A DNA stretch of 64,000 nt from an uncultured Holophaga sp. GTDB lineage: Bacteria; Acidobacteriota; Holophagae; Holophagales; Holophagaceae. The translations under genes were made by a program, and so were the position numbers. Below the pieces are notes generated by a model. The model made no database searches. It was not told where the DNA came from and was given only the letters and a program-made list of their open reading frames with translations. The DNA is taken from the NCBI GenBank assembly GCA_963664825.1, contig OY761614.1, positions 1,152,001 through 1,216,000 of the forward strand, in the 5' to 3' direction. Positions within the stretch are counted from its first letter, which is position 1. Every line of letters begins with the position of its first letter. Positions 27,991 through 38,835 of the stretch are shown here, piece after piece.

Positions 27991-30785
27991 CTTACCATTG
28001 CGATTTGCCCCACGGGCTCATACTGCCCCGCCTCCCTCTGATCCCCCCAGAGCTTGGACAGGACGAGCACATAGAAGTCACTACGCCCTAAGCCGGGCAT
28101 CGTCCGCCGGGTAAGGAGGCGGGGGTGCCGCTCAAGGAGCAAACATCCCTTTTCATTCAAACGCTTCCACAGGGCCCCGGCAGAAACTCCGATGGGTTCC
28201 AGCTTGACCACCTCGGCATAGGCTGCGGTTCCAATCAGCCAGACCTCTCCTTTGCGCGGAGCCAGATAACCCAGCCTCGGCCCCTTGGGCTGCCCATCCT
28301 GCCACCCACAGCGGGATTCCCATTCCTTCGGGAGTTCTCCTGGCTCTCCATGGGCAAGGTGTCCGCGTCCAGAGGCCAGCACATCCATCAGCTGGGCTAG
28401 GAACCGCTCCGCAGGATCTGCATCTTTCACGATGGCCGTCTGGGCTCCAGTCATCTCCAGCACGGCGGCCCATAGACGGTGACCCAGGGCGTGCAGGTCA
28501 AACGCTGGCAGGATGCCACGCTCAGTGGAGAAGGCTGCTAAGACAGGCCAGACGCTCCAGAGGTCGGCGGCGATGTCTGCCGTGCGGTTGTTCTCACCAG
28601 CCATCCGAATCTTTTGGCGTGCCACCTTGTGGGCTTCCCGGCGAATACGGATGGACCGTTCTCGATCTTGGGCTTGCCACTGGATGAAGGCCGCCATCAA
28701 TCCGGCATGAAGTCCATTGGCCCTGTCTTCCTGGAGGCCATCCAAAACAGGCCAGCACATACTTCCTGCGGGCCACTCCAGACAGAGCACACGAGAGCGC
28801 AGGCTTTCACCACCCGGAAGATCTTCGCCTGTGCTCAAGACCAAGCCTCGTGGCACGTATGCTTGGCGCTGTGTCCTCGCATCGGAGGATAGGCGACCTC
28901 TGGAGGCCCGATTGAAGGCCCCACGAAGGAGGCGGTCGGCCTTTTTCATAAGGTCCGCCGTTTCCTTTGCATTGCCACCTGGGCGGAAGTCATCTACCAA
29001 GCCCAGGACGTCCTTGGCGAGGAAGAGGGTCCTCTCCATGGCCGAAGCTGTGCTCTCCCAGGATTCCAGAGATTGTTTCGCGTCAAGATCAGGCCCGAAA
29101 TGCCCGGCGGCGATGCTGGCGAGTTCTGTTTTCCCGCCCCCCTTGCTCCCGCTGATGTGCAGAGAGAAGGGGCACTCTTCCACCACAGCTCGGAAGGGAG
29201 CCAGCCAAACGGGCACAGTCACAGACTCTGGGCCGACATCAAGGAGTTTAGCGCTGGATCGGAAGGCCCTCATCAGATCCTCTGCTTGCAGGGGTGCCCC
29301 CAAGTTGAAAAGGGCTAGGCGTGCTGAAAGATCCAGTTCGACTCCAGGCACTGGACCATCCGGTCCGATGGCGCCCCCAGCGTGCAAAAAGCACCATATT
29401 CCTTCCAGCCTTCGCCATCCAGTGTTCAGGTAGGTCCGTCTGTGGATGGGCCTAGAGAGGTGCTGAATCGCGGCTCGAAGCTGGTCTTTGGTGGAGGTTC
29501 CAGGGTTGATGATGGCTCTGGCGCCCCATGTCTTCATCGCCCAGCCCATTCCGGCGAAGGATTCCGCAAGAACTCTGGCCACTCCAAGGGACTCACCGGT
29601 AGCCAGTCGACCGCCAACCAGGAAGAGGAACTCCTCGCTCTCCCCATCATCCATGACCACTTCTTCCCTGATCCGGGCCGTGAAGTTGCAAAGAGGCTTC
29701 GGTGCCCCTCCCGGAACATCGATGCTCATCCGACCTTCGTGAATCAGATAGGCTCCAGAGCGATTTGGCAAGTCGAGATGGCCTGAATGGGAGGCCGTCC
29801 TTTGCCCCAGGTCGACTTCAACGGCACCGTCGAGAAGGGCTCTAAGCTCCACTCCGGCAGGCACGGGGTCCGCCAAATCCCATCCGCCTCGTTGGGACTT
29901 CCCAGGTTTGCACCAAGCCTTGATGGGCTCAGGCAGTAATACACGGCGCAGAGAATGGGGTCCGATGGCACGAAGGCTGGATTCCACGGCTAGGGCATAC
30001 TTCTCCCCTGCTTCATCGGCATCCGGCCATATGGCGACGTCTCTGTCAGCAAGAGGGCTCCAATCGGCCTTCTTGGCGCTCTGGGCGCTCCCGGATGTCA
30101 CTGCCACCCAGTCTGGGAAGCACACCTCGGCTGCAAGCGCGGTCTTCTCGCCTTCTACAATCAGGACTGGAGCATCAGGGCGAAGGGCCAAGCGGTCCAG
30201 CCCGAAGAGGGGTCGGGGCTCCAATAGATCAAGGCTCTTCCAGCCGAAACGCACTGGGGCCAGTTCACACCACGTAAAGGGCCGCAGTATTTTTCCTTGC
30301 GCGGGCTCTGAGGTCCGCACTGTCACTTTAAGGAGCAGCCCCGCCGAGTTCCGCCACTCCCACCGACCCTCTTCGTTTCGCTGAATCGGAAGCGATGGCG
30401 CATCGACTGGAACCGGCGTCACTACGCGAGGGAAGGCCGGATGTTTTGGTTTCCGAGTCGGTGTTGCGCTGGGGGCTGTCTCCTGGAATCCCAGGCACTC
30501 CATCAGCCATCGAGCGGCCTCTGCCTGCCTGTTCCCCAGGAGGAAGGCCACCAGCGAAACGGGATCAGCCCCACCTTCCCCTGAAGCGAAATCTTTCCAA
30601 ACCCCTTTGTCCAGGTTGATGGAGAAGCTCCCTGGCGCTGAATCCGCCCGGTGCGGGTTTCGGATGAGCAGTTCCCGCCCTTCCAAGCGCCCTTCCTGCC
30701 CAGTAAGTTCCGCCACTATGTCCTTGAGGTGTGGAAGGGCTTCGGCGTTGATTCGGTCAAACTCCAAACGAGGCCGAGCAATCAT
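27960..30785 (-). CDS. Primase-helicase of mobile element (TOPRIM plus P-loop helicase, DUF927-like)
   Basis: N-terminal degenerate zinc-finger-like region (NPHRADSAPGSFSIN...WKDF), TOPRIM VEGEKTA and WPDADEAG, Walker A GSKGGGKT, Walker B LVDDF. Confidence 0.85.
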   Translation of the reverse strand: MIARPRLEFDRINAEALPHLKDIVAELTGQEGRLEGRELLIRNPHRADSAPGSFSINLDKGVWKDFASGEGGADPVSLVAFLLGNRQAEAARWLMECLGFQETAPSATPTRKPKHPAFPRVVTPVPVDAPSLPIQRNEEGRWEWRNSAGLLLKVTVRTSEPAQGKILRPFTWCELAPVRFGWKSLDLLEPRPLFGLDRLALRPDAPVLIVEGEKTALAAEVCFPDWVAVTSGSAQSAKKADWSPLADRDVAIWPDADEAGEKYALAVESSLRAIGPHSLRRVLLPEPIKAWCKPGKSQRGGWDLADPVPAGVELRALLDGAVEVDLGQRTASHSGHLDLPNRSGAYLIHEGRMSIDVPGGAPKPLCNFTARIREEVVMDDGESEEFLFLVGGRLATGESLGVARVLAESFAGMGWAMKTWGARAIINPGTSTKDQLRAAIQHLSRPIHRRTYLNTGWRRLEGIWCFLHAGGAIGPDGPVPGVELDLSARLALFNLGAPLQAEDLMRAFRSSAKLLDVGPESVTVPVWLAPFRAVVEECPFSLHISGSKGGGKTELASIAAGHFGPDLDAKQSLESWESTASAMERTLFLAKDVLGLVDDFRPGGNAKETADLMKKADRLLRGAFNRASRGRLSSDARTQRQAYVPRGLVLSTGEDLPGGESLRSRVLCLEWPAGSMCWPVLDGLQEDRANGLHAGLMAAFIQWQAQDRERSIRIRREAHKVARQKIRMAGENNRTADIAADLWSVWPVLAAFSTERGILPAFDLHALGHRLWAAVLEMTGAQTAIVKDADPAERFLAQLMDVLASGRGHLAHGEPGELPKEWESRCGWQDGQPKGPRLGYLAPRKGEVWLIGTAAYAEVVKLEPIGVSAGALWKRLNEKGCLLLERHPRLLTRRTMPGLGRSDFYVLVLSKLWGDQREAGQYEPVGQIAMVSVPSEAFATT

Positions 30786-30802
30786 TGGAGGCCCCCCAAC
30801 TG

Positions 30803-30901
30803 TGGGACGATTGGGACAAGCCTGGACCAACTCCAGACAGCGCTGTCCCATCGGAAATTCCGATCATTGTTGGGGAAGGGACATTTGGGACACTTGGGAC
30901 A
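30803..30901. repeat. Iteron-like TGGGAC(A) cluster upstream of the primase (candidate ori)
   Basis: Copies at 30803, 30812, 30877 (AGGGACA), 30886, 30895 (9-bp phasing) and an inverted copy at 30844. Confidence 0.65.
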
Positions 30902-31027
30902 AGAAAGAAAACCCCAGCGTCGTCGTTGCCTTCGCTCACTTGTATCCATTGAAACCCCCTGGGTAGAGGGAGAGCGATCCATAGACCTTCCGGGCGAATT
31001 GCAGTAATCCCACATCCTGGCGACCCT

Positions 31028-31363
31028 TTACCGCAATACCGGCTTACGCGCCGCTTCAAGCTGCGTCACTAAGGTTCGGATCTCGACATCAGTCATCCCT
31101 GCGATGCGCGCCGCGTTCAGGGCTGCAACCTCGTGCTCGGGCCAGCCTACTGCCCTGGCTCCCAGCAATACAGGGCGAGGGAAAAGCCCCTGCTTGATAT
31201 CAGTGTAGTGAGTGCTGCGCGACCGTCCCCGCGCCTTGAGGACCTGTCGCAGTCGGAGAATGGCGTAAGAGTCCGTGCTCAGCCCGTTCCGTGACGGGAG
31301 TTCATCCATATCAGGATGGGCACTCACCGGTTTTAGAAGTGCGTGATTGAGTTGATGTCTCAT
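31028..31363 (-). CDS. alpA: AlpA-family regulator / excisionase
   Basis: ILRLRQVLKARGRSRSTHYTDIKQGLFPRPVLLGARAVGWPEHEV. Confidence 0.9.
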   Translation of the reverse strand: MRHQLNHALLKPVSAHPDMDELPSRNGLSTDSYAILRLRQVLKARGRSRSTHYTDIKQGLFPRPVLLGARAVGWPEHEVAALNAARIAGMTDVEIRTLVTQLEAARKPVLR

Positions 31364-31464
31364 GGGTTCTCCCAGCATCCGGCTCAAGCCCGAGCCGTCC
31401 TATGCCAGGAAGGATCTCTTCCAATAGATCTGAAAATTTTCGACCTACCTCGACTTACTAAAAA

Positions 31465-32622
31465 TCACACCCAGGGCATAGCCGAAGGCCGCAGCCGACC
31501 CTGCCCCTTTGGCTCCAGTTCGGCCTTTGCGGCCAATCGGAATCGTTCTTCCGAGGGCAGGTGGTTGAACGCCTTGAAATCGCTAACCCCTTCCGCCTTG
31601 AAGAACTTCTGCCAAGCCCGTTGGGTAGCGATGGCCTTCCGGATGGGATCCGGCCCCATGGTCCAATCCCGAGGCCCCTCGTCGCCGATGGCCATGGCAT
31701 AGATCTTCGCTACAAATTGTTCAAAGAAAGTTCCATCCAAGTCCCGGCGCCCAGACTTGCTCTGCCGGGCGGACTTATGGCCGACCACTCGTTCGAAGAC
31801 GATGATGCAGCTAAAGGCCAGGGTATCCTTCAATGAGGCCTGACGGCGACGCTGAGCAAAAGTGGTCCTGCCACCACAATCAGCGCCCCCAACTTCCAGT
31901 AGAAGGAGTTCATAGGCCCAATCCAACACTTCCAGCAAGACATCGGGGCGGCACTCCCACTTCGGGCGCCCAGTCTCCAGCCTCACGGCATCCATGGGAT
32001 CCATGCACCAATCGGAAGACAGGCCCAAAGGCGCAAGCTGGAAATGATCCGGCACACCTTGAGGCAGGGCACCGGGGCAAGGCGGTGGAGGTGCGAAGGA
32101 GGCAGCCCCTGCTTCCAGCCAACAAGCCTTGAGGCGCTCCAAACGGACGGAACTTGTATGACCATCCCTGTCGGGAAGACGGGTCACAGCCTTCTGTAGG
32201 GGCAGCTCAGCCACCCAACGGCGCGATTCGCGGTGCCAGGCCTTGATGCGTTCCCGCACACGGTTTTGGTCATCATCCGTCAGCGCGCGCCCTTTGAGGG
32301 GGTTCAACCGCTCTACCAAGGCATCAAAATCCTCCGTCATCTGCTTCACCCGGACAGAGTGGACCTGCTCGAAGATTGCCTCCCGGAAACCATCGCAGAT
32401 CCTCATGACCACCTTGAGAGCCTCCTGGATTTGCTCCTCATCATTAGGCTGCATCAGGTGTCCTTCCCGCTTGAGCCGTTCCCGGGCGGCCTTCCCGAGG
32501 AGCTGACCGATCTCGTTCAGCCGAGCAGAATCGTCCGGGACGATTTTCGACATTGCAGCCATACCTCCTCCACGGCCAACAGGGCCATTACCCTCGGTTC
32601 GGGAACCCACTGCTATTTTCAT
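31465..32622 (-). CDS. Hypothetical protein between integrase and alpA
   Basis: 385-codon ORF whose ATG overlaps the integrase stop; alternative start near 32563 after GGAGGAGG; no recognisable motif. Confidence 0.6.
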   Translation of the reverse strand: MKIAVGSRTEGNGPVGRGGGMAAMSKIVPDDSARLNEIGQLLGKAARERLKREGHLMQPNDEEQIQEALKVVMRICDGFREAIFEQVHSVRVKQMTEDFDALVERLNPLKGRALTDDDQNRVRERIKAWHRESRRWVAELPLQKAVTRLPDRDGHTSSVRLERLKACWLEAGAASFAPPPPCPGALPQGVPDHFQLAPLGLSSDWCMDPMDAVRLETGRPKWECRPDVLLEVLDWAYELLLLEVGGADCGGRTTFAQRRRQASLKDTLAFSCIIVFERVVGHKSARQSKSGRRDLDGTFFEQFVAKIYAMAIGDEGPRDWTMGPDPIRKAIATQRAWQKFFKAEGVSDFKAFNHLPSEERFRLAAKAELEPKGQGRLRPSAMPWV

Positions 32623-33830
32623 TGAGGAGGGTTGTGCTTCAGGCGGTCTGCACCACCCTTCAAATCGTCCAGGTAGTCCGCCCAGGCCTGCATCATCTTC
32701 CGCCGCCCTTCCAAATGGGCCGTACGATTGTAAGCACGCCCGTTGGGGTCCTTCACAGCATGGGCAAGTTGGTGCTCAATGAAGTCGGGACGGAAGCCTA
32801 GCACTTCATCCAAAATGGTGCGGGCAACGGCACGGAACCCGTGGCCGCTCATCTCCTCCTTGCCGATGCCCATGCGCCGCATAGCGGCAAGTATTGCATT
32901 ATCGCTCATGGGGCGAGCGCTACTGCGGGCACTGGGGAAGACATACCGCCCCTTCCCAGTCAGGGGCTGGATCTCTTTCAGAATCGCGACGGCCTGAGTG
33001 CAGAGCGGGACAATGTGAGGCGTCTGGGTCTTGGTCACGAGGTAGCGCCACTCGGCCGTTTCGAGGTTGATGTCGGCCCACTGGGCCATCCGCAACTCTC
33101 CGGGACGGACAAAGACGAGGGGAGCCAGTCGCAGGGCACAGCGAACGATGAGACTTCCTTCGTAGCCCTCCATGGCCCGAAGAAAGTCGGCGAACTTCTT
33201 GGGGTCCGTGGTGGCGGCCATGTGCTTGCCTTGGGCTGGGGGTATGGCTCCTTTCAGGTCGCCCGAAGGATCCCGTTCGACTCGGCCCGTGGCCACGGCA
33301 TAGCGGAACACCTGCCCACAGCCGCTCAAGGCCCGGTGTGAGGTTTCCACGGCCCCCCGCGCTTCAATCCGACGCACGGTGGTCAGCAGCTCCTGAGCTG
33401 TGATCTCTGAGATGGGGCGAGCTCCCAACCAAGGGAAGATATCCCGTTCGAAGCGCTTGAGCACTCCAGCCCAATACTTTTCGGTCATGGTGCCCGCGAA
33501 TTTCTGGAGCCATTCGCGTGCAATCAGTTCGAAGGTATTGGCCGCAAGGTCAGCCCTAGCGGCTTTCTGGGCCTTCCGGTTAGTGCTGGGATCCACGCCA
33601 TCGGCCAGAAGCTTGCGTGCCTCGTCGCGCCGCTCACGGGCCTCCTTGAGGCCCACATCTGGATACACACCCAGGGACAGGCGCTTTTCCTTGCCTTCGA
33701 AGCGAAATTTGAGTCGCCACCACTTGCCCCCGCTTGGGGCGATCTCCAGGTAGAGGCTTTTTTCATCCGAGAGCCTGATGACCTTCTCAGCGGCCTTAGC
33801 TTTGCGGATGGCAAAATCGGTCAGGGCCAT
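32619..33830 (-). CDS. int: P4-like tyrosine integrase with N-terminal arm-binding domain
   Basis: MALTDFAIRKAK...KRLSLGVYPDVGLKEAR; catalytic VRPGE, HGFR, LAH, AYNR; 403 aa. Confidence 0.95.
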   Translation of the reverse strand: MALTDFAIRKAKAAEKVIRLSDEKSLYLEIAPSGGKWWRLKFRFEGKEKRLSLGVYPDVGLKEARERRDEARKLLADGVDPSTNRKAQKAARADLAANTFELIAREWLQKFAGTMTEKYWAGVLKRFERDIFPWLGARPISEITAQELLTTVRRIEARGAVETSHRALSGCGQVFRYAVATGRVERDPSGDLKGAIPPAQGKHMAATTDPKKFADFLRAMEGYEGSLIVRCALRLAPLVFVRPGELRMAQWADINLETAEWRYLVTKTQTPHIVPLCTQAVAILKEIQPLTGKGRYVFPSARSSARPMSDNAILAAMRRMGIGKEEMSGHGFRAVARTILDEVLGFRPDFIEHQLAHAVKDPNGRAYNRTAHLEGRRKMMQAWADYLDDLKGGADRLKHNPPQ

Positions 33831-33890
33831 GGGGGCAACTCCCGAGGGCAACATCCCAGTTGCCCCCAATCTTGCCCCCAGTTGCCCCTG
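33831..33890. repeat. Putative integrase arm-type sites (integrase-proximal end)
   Basis: GGGGGCAAC and GAGGGCAAC, then inverted TTGCCCCCAA, TTGCCCCCAG, TTGCCCCTG. Confidence 0.7.
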
Positions 33891-33993
33891 GATTTCAACG
33901 GATATAAAAAGACCCAATAGGACCATGAATTCAGTTAAATTCGCGATTCTACTGGGTTTTTTGGATGGCTTCGGATGTTCTAGGAAGCCGTTT

Positions 33994-34383
<390 letters not shown>

Positions 34384-34487
34384 AAGGTTCTCTTCCGGGG
34401 CCCCTCGAGGCCCGCCGTGGATGTCTGTGAGTATGGGGGCCCTCGGCAAGGGCCACAAGGGAAGTAAGATGAGGGTCGGGAGTTCCT

Positions 34488-35102
34488 TTGCCTCAGACCG
34501 GATCCATCTTCGTCCTCTCCGCGCCCTCGGGAGCCGGGAAATCGACACTGGCCAAGCGCCTCGTGGCCGAGACGCCTAGCCTCATCTTCTCCACCTCCTT
34601 CACCACACGGAAGCCGCGCCCCGGCGAAGAACATGGCCGGGAATACTTCTTCGTGGACGACGCCACCTTCGATGAAATGATCCAGGAGGACGATCTCCTG
34701 GAGTGGGTGCAGGTCTACGCCAACCGCTACGGCACGGGCAAGGCGTGGCTCCGGGAGCAGGTGGCCAAGGGGCTCGATGTGCTCCTCGATATCGAGACGG
34801 TGGGGGCCAAGCACGTGAAGGCCACCCTGCCGGAAGCGGTGATGATCTTCCTGCTGCCCCCTTCCGCCCAGGTGCTGGCCCAGCGCCTGCGGGGCCGGGG
34901 CGATACGGACGAGGCCCAGATCACCCTGCGCATGGCCCACGCCAAGCACGAGATGGAGCAGTACCCCCAGTACGATCACCTGGTGGTCAACGAGGATCTG
35001 GAGGGGGCCTACCGGCGCCTGGAATCCATCGTCCTGGCCGAGCGGGCCCGCAGGCCCCGCATGGAAGCCACAGCCCGTCAGATCATTCAGACCTTCATTT
35101 AG
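34488..35102 (+). CDS. gmk: Guanylate kinase
   Basis: SAPSGAGKST, TTRKPRPGEEHGREYFF, NRYGT. Confidence 0.95.
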   Translation: MPQTGSIFVLSAPSGAGKSTLAKRLVAETPSLIFSTSFTTRKPRPGEEHGREYFFVDDATFDEMIQEDDLLEWVQVYANRYGTGKAWLREQVAKGLDVLLDIETVGAKHVKATLPEAVMIFLLPPSAQVLAQRLRGRGDTDEAQITLRMAHAKHEMEQYPQYDHLVVNEDLEGAYRRLESIVLAERARRPRMEATARQIIQTFI

Positions 35103-35161
35103 TCCGAGACCCGGGAGCGGCAGTGGCATCATTCCAGAAACAGGGCAAGGCGGGGCACACC

Positions 35162-36751
35162 ATGGCGCGATGGATGGGGAAGAACTGGATGTGGACGGTG
35201 GCCCTGGGCACGGCCGTCATTTACGCGCCCCTGGCCGGACGCACCGGTGAGGAGCGGGCCAAGCAGCGCCAGCTCGACACCCTGACCGAAGTCATGGGGC
35301 TCATCCAGAGGGAGAGCGTGGAACCGCCCACTCCCAAGCAGATCACACACGCCGCGATTCAGGGAATGTTGCACACCTTGGACCCCCATTCCAATTACAT
35401 GGACGAGAGCGAATTTCGCATGATGCGGGACGATCAGCGGGGCACCTTCTTCGGCATCGGCTCCATCATCCAGCAGCAGCCCGATGGCATCGTGGTCGTC
35501 AGCACCGTGCGCGGGGGCCCCTCCGAGAAGGCAGGCATCCGCCCCGGCGACTACTTCCGGGAGATCGACGGCAAGAGCACCGAGGGCTGGACCAGCACCC
35601 AGGCCGTCCAGAAGCTCCACGGGGACAAGGGCACGGTGGTGGAGATCGCCATCCAGCGGGTGGGTTCCCCGGGCCTGCTACGCATCAGCCTCACCCGAGC
35701 CGAGATCCCCTCCAATAGCGTTTACTACAGCTTCATGCTCACCCCCACCACGGGCTTCATCACCATCAAGGATTTCGGGGAGACCACTTCGGAAGAATTC
35801 GAGAAGGCCGTCTCCGCCCTCAAGAAGCAGGGCATGAAGGAGCTGATCCTGGATCTCCGGGGCAATCCCGGCGGCATCGTGGACGCCGCCGTGGGCATCT
35901 GCCGCCAACTCCTGGGGCCCGACGAGATCATCGTGAGCCAGAAGGGCCGGGAGGGCGTGCTCGTGAGCGAGACCCGCACACCCAAGGGCGCCGCCCTCGA
36001 TCCCTTCCCGCTGGTCGTCTTGATCAACCGGGGATCGGCCTCGGCTTCCGAGATCGTGGCCGGAGCCATCCAGGATCACGACCGCGGCCTGGTGGTGGGG
36101 CAGACCAGCTGGGGCAAGGGCCTCGTGCAGGTCGTGCTCTCCATCGGGAGGACGAGGGGCCTGGCGCTGACCACCGCCCGCTACTACACGCCCTCCGGCC
36201 GCTGCATCCAGCGGGACTACCAGCATGGCCTCGACGACTACCTGCTCCCGGAGGAGGCCAAGGAGACCGCGCCCAAGGGGCCCGAGTACAAGACCTTCCT
36301 GGGCCGGAAGGTCTACGGGGGCGGGGGCATCACGCCGGACTACACGGTGGAGACAGCCAAGCTCACCAATTTCGTCGCCATGCTCCGCATGCGCTACGCG
36401 CCCTTCTTCAAGTTCGCCGTCTTCGAGAAGGACCGCCACGCGATCAAGGCCCAGGAGGTTCCAGACGAGGCCCTGATGGCGCGGTTCCGGGCCTACCTCA
36501 AGGAGCAGAAGATCTCCTGCACCGATGCCGAATGGAACGATGCGCAGAACCAGTCCGATATGCGGGACCAGATCGCCTTCGAGATGCAGAACATCGCCTT
36601 CGGCGTGGAGGGCGGCTGGCGCTACCTCTGTTCCAAGGATCCCCAGGTGCAGAAGGCCCTGGAGGTGCTCCCGGAAACCGAGCAGCTGATGAAGAAAAAT
36701 ATCCTCGCCCAACAGTTGCAGAGCGAGAAGAACGTCGCGACCAAGATCTGA
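35162..36751 (+). CDS. S41 C-terminal processing peptidase (PDZ)
   Basis: LDPHS, DLRGNPGG, SASASEIVAGAIQD, WGKGLVQ, TTARYYTPSGR. Confidence 0.93.
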   Translation: MARWMGKNWMWTVALGTAVIYAPLAGRTGEERAKQRQLDTLTEVMGLIQRESVEPPTPKQITHAAIQGMLHTLDPHSNYMDESEFRMMRDDQRGTFFGIGSIIQQQPDGIVVVSTVRGGPSEKAGIRPGDYFREIDGKSTEGWTSTQAVQKLHGDKGTVVEIAIQRVGSPGLLRISLTRAEIPSNSVYYSFMLTPTTGFITIKDFGETTSEEFEKAVSALKKQGMKELILDLRGNPGGIVDAAVGICRQLLGPDEIIVSQKGREGVLVSETRTPKGAALDPFPLVVLINRGSASASEIVAGAIQDHDRGLVVGQTSWGKGLVQVVLSIGRTRGLALTTARYYTPSGRCIQRDYQHGLDDYLLPEEAKETAPKGPEYKTFLGRKVYGGGGITPDYTVETAKLTNFVAMLRMRYAPFFKFAVFEKDRHAIKAQEVPDEALMARFRAYLKEQKISCTDAEWNDAQNQSDMRDQIAFEMQNIAFGVEGGWRYLCSKDPQVQKALEVLPETEQLMKKNILAQQLQSEKNVATKI

Positions 36752-36765
36752 TCCAGGGAGTCCCC

Positions 36766-38790
36766 ATGCGTATTCCAGTCCTAGCCTTCGGCCTCGCCGC
36801 CGCCACCCTCATGGCTTCCCGGCCTCTGCGGGTCGACGACCTCTTCAAGGTGCAGCGAGTGGCCGACCCCCAGGTCTCCTCCAGGGGTGATATCGCCTAC
36901 CAGGTGGCCCTGCCGGACCCCGTCGCCAACACCATCACCACGAAGATCTGGTTCAAGGCCGCCGGGAAACCCGCCCAGGAATTGGATCTGGGGCCCGGCA
37001 GCCAGGATCGTCCCCGCTTCAGCCCGGACGGCCAGCGCCTGGCCTTCGAGGCCCAGGACCAGATCTGGGTGCTGGATCTGGCCACGGGCAAGCGCGCCCA
37101 GATCACCCATCTCTCCGGCGGCGCCTCAGGCCAGATCTGGAGCCCGGATGGCACAATGCTGGCCTTCACCAGCACCACAGTACCCAGCGGGGACGACGGA
37201 GAAAACGCCGCCTACCTGAAGGCCAAGGGGGAGCGCAAGAGCAGCGGCATGGTTTTCGATACGCTGATGTACAAACACTGGATGAGTTGGCGGGACCCCA
37301 AGCAGGTCTCCCACATCTTCGTGGTGAAGGCCGGGGGCAGCGCGCCGAGGGATCTCACGGCGGGTTGGACCGAGGACGCGCCGGGCTTCAATTCCGATAC
37401 GGTGGCCGCCGGGGATGATATCTCCTGGAGCCCCGATTCCAAGGTGCTCGCCTTCGCCAGCAACCTGGAAGCCGGGAAGGCCATCAGTACCAACCACGAG
37501 GTCTTCGAAGTGAGCGCCCAGGGCGGCCCCATCCGCAAACTGAGCAACAACCCCGCGGCCGATTCCACGCCCCGCTATTCCCCGGACGGGAAGTACCTGG
37601 CCTGGCGCGCCCAGCGGGTGCCCGGCTTCGAATCCGATAAGTGGGAACTCTGGGTGATGGACCGCCGGAGCGGCCAGGTGATCCGCACGACGCAATCCTT
37701 CGACGCCCAGGTGAGCGACTTCGAATGGGTGGGCCAGGACATCCTGTTCACCGCCGCCGACAAGTCCCATCAGGAGCTCTTCCGCTGGGATGGCCTGCAT
37801 CAGCCCAAGGCCCTCACGAAAAGGCTCTTCGTGGCGGGCTTCGCGGCCATGCCCGGCGGTCTGAAGGCCCTGGCCCTGGTGAACGATTCGGCCACCCCCC
37901 CCGATCTCTATGAGATCGATCTGGCCAGCGGCACCACCGCCCGGGTCACCCACCACAACGAGGCCCTGGACAAGGAACTGGGCCTGAACCGCGCCGAGGA
38001 ACTCTGGTTCAAGGGCGTCGTCGGCCTCGATGGCAAGGCGCCCAGGATCCACACCCTGGTCCTGAAGCCCGTGGGCTTCGATCCTTCCAAGAAATACCCC
38101 GTGGTCTTCCTGGTGCATGGCGGCCCCCAGGGCTCCAACGAGGACAACTGGCATCCCCGGTGGAACTACCAGGCCTTCACGGGCCAGGGCTTCATCGTGG
38201 TCGCCCCGGATCCCAGAGGCTCCGTGGGCTACGGCCAGGCCTTCACGGACCAGATCAGCGGCGACTGGTCCGGCCTGCCCATGGGCGATCTCATGAACGT
38301 GCTGGATGGCGTCCTGAAGACTGTCCCCCAGGCCGATCCCAGCCACGTCGTCGCCGCGGGGGCCAGCTACGGTGGCTACGCCATGAATTGGATCGCGGGC
38401 CACTATGCGGACCAATTCTGCGCCTTCATCAGCCACGCGGGCATCTTCAACACCCAGAGCATGCAGCTGGCCAGCGAGGAGATGTGGTTTCCCCGGCACG
38501 AATTCAAGGGCTTCCCCTGGGATAGCCCGGAGACCAAGGCCCTGTGGGAGAAGCACAGCCCCCACAACGCCTATGCCGATTTCAAGAAGCCCATGCTCGT
38601 CATCCACGGCATGCGGGATTTCCGCGTGGTCTATACGGAAGCCCTGCAGCTCTACAACGTCCACCAGCTGCGGGGCATCCCCAGCGAGCTCCTGATCTTC
38701 CCCGACGAGGGCCATTTCGTGGCCAAACCCGCCAACGCCATGCTCTGGTTCGATACCATGCTGGCCTGGTGCAACAAGTGGGGGAAGTAG
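36766..38790 (+). CDS. S9 family peptidase (dipeptidyl/acylaminoacyl peptidase) with PD40 repeats
   Basis: Signal peptide, SPDG repeats, HGGP, GASYGG, DFRV, DEGH. Confidence 0.93.
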   Translation: MRIPVLAFGLAAATLMASRPLRVDDLFKVQRVADPQVSSRGDIAYQVALPDPVANTITTKIWFKAAGKPAQELDLGPGSQDRPRFSPDGQRLAFEAQDQIWVLDLATGKRAQITHLSGGASGQIWSPDGTMLAFTSTTVPSGDDGENAAYLKAKGERKSSGMVFDTLMYKHWMSWRDPKQVSHIFVVKAGGSAPRDLTAGWTEDAPGFNSDTVAAGDDISWSPDSKVLAFASNLEAGKAISTNHEVFEVSAQGGPIRKLSNNPAADSTPRYSPDGKYLAWRAQRVPGFESDKWELWVMDRRSGQVIRTTQSFDAQVSDFEWVGQDILFTAADKSHQELFRWDGLHQPKALTKRLFVAGFAAMPGGLKALALVNDSATPPDLYEIDLASGTTARVTHHNEALDKELGLNRAEELWFKGVVGLDGKAPRIHTLVLKPVGFDPSKKYPVVFLVHGGPQGSNEDNWHPRWNYQAFTGQGFIVVAPDPRGSVGYGQAFTDQISGDWSGLPMGDLMNVLDGVLKTVPQADPSHVVAAGASYGGYAMNWIAGHYADQFCAFISHAGIFNTQSMQLASEEMWFPRHEFKGFPWDSPETKALWEKHSPHNAYADFKKPMLVIHGMRDFRVVYTEALQLYNVHQLRGIPSELLIFPDEGHFVAKPANAMLWFDTMLAWCNKWGK

Positions 38791-38798
38791 CCTGACAG

Positions 38799-38820
38799 CC
38801 GGGCCCCCACGGGGGCCCGG
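38799..38820. terminator. GC-rich hairpin after the S9 gene
   Basis: CCGGGCCCCC-AC-GGGGGCCCGG; weak U tail. Confidence 0.5.
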
Positions 38821-38835
38821 TTGCTATTATCAGGT

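Noticed and set aside
30757..31059. Small ORFs between alpA and the primase
   Set aside because: They overlap the iteron cluster and their CPKCPKCP-type repeats simply reflect the DNA repeats
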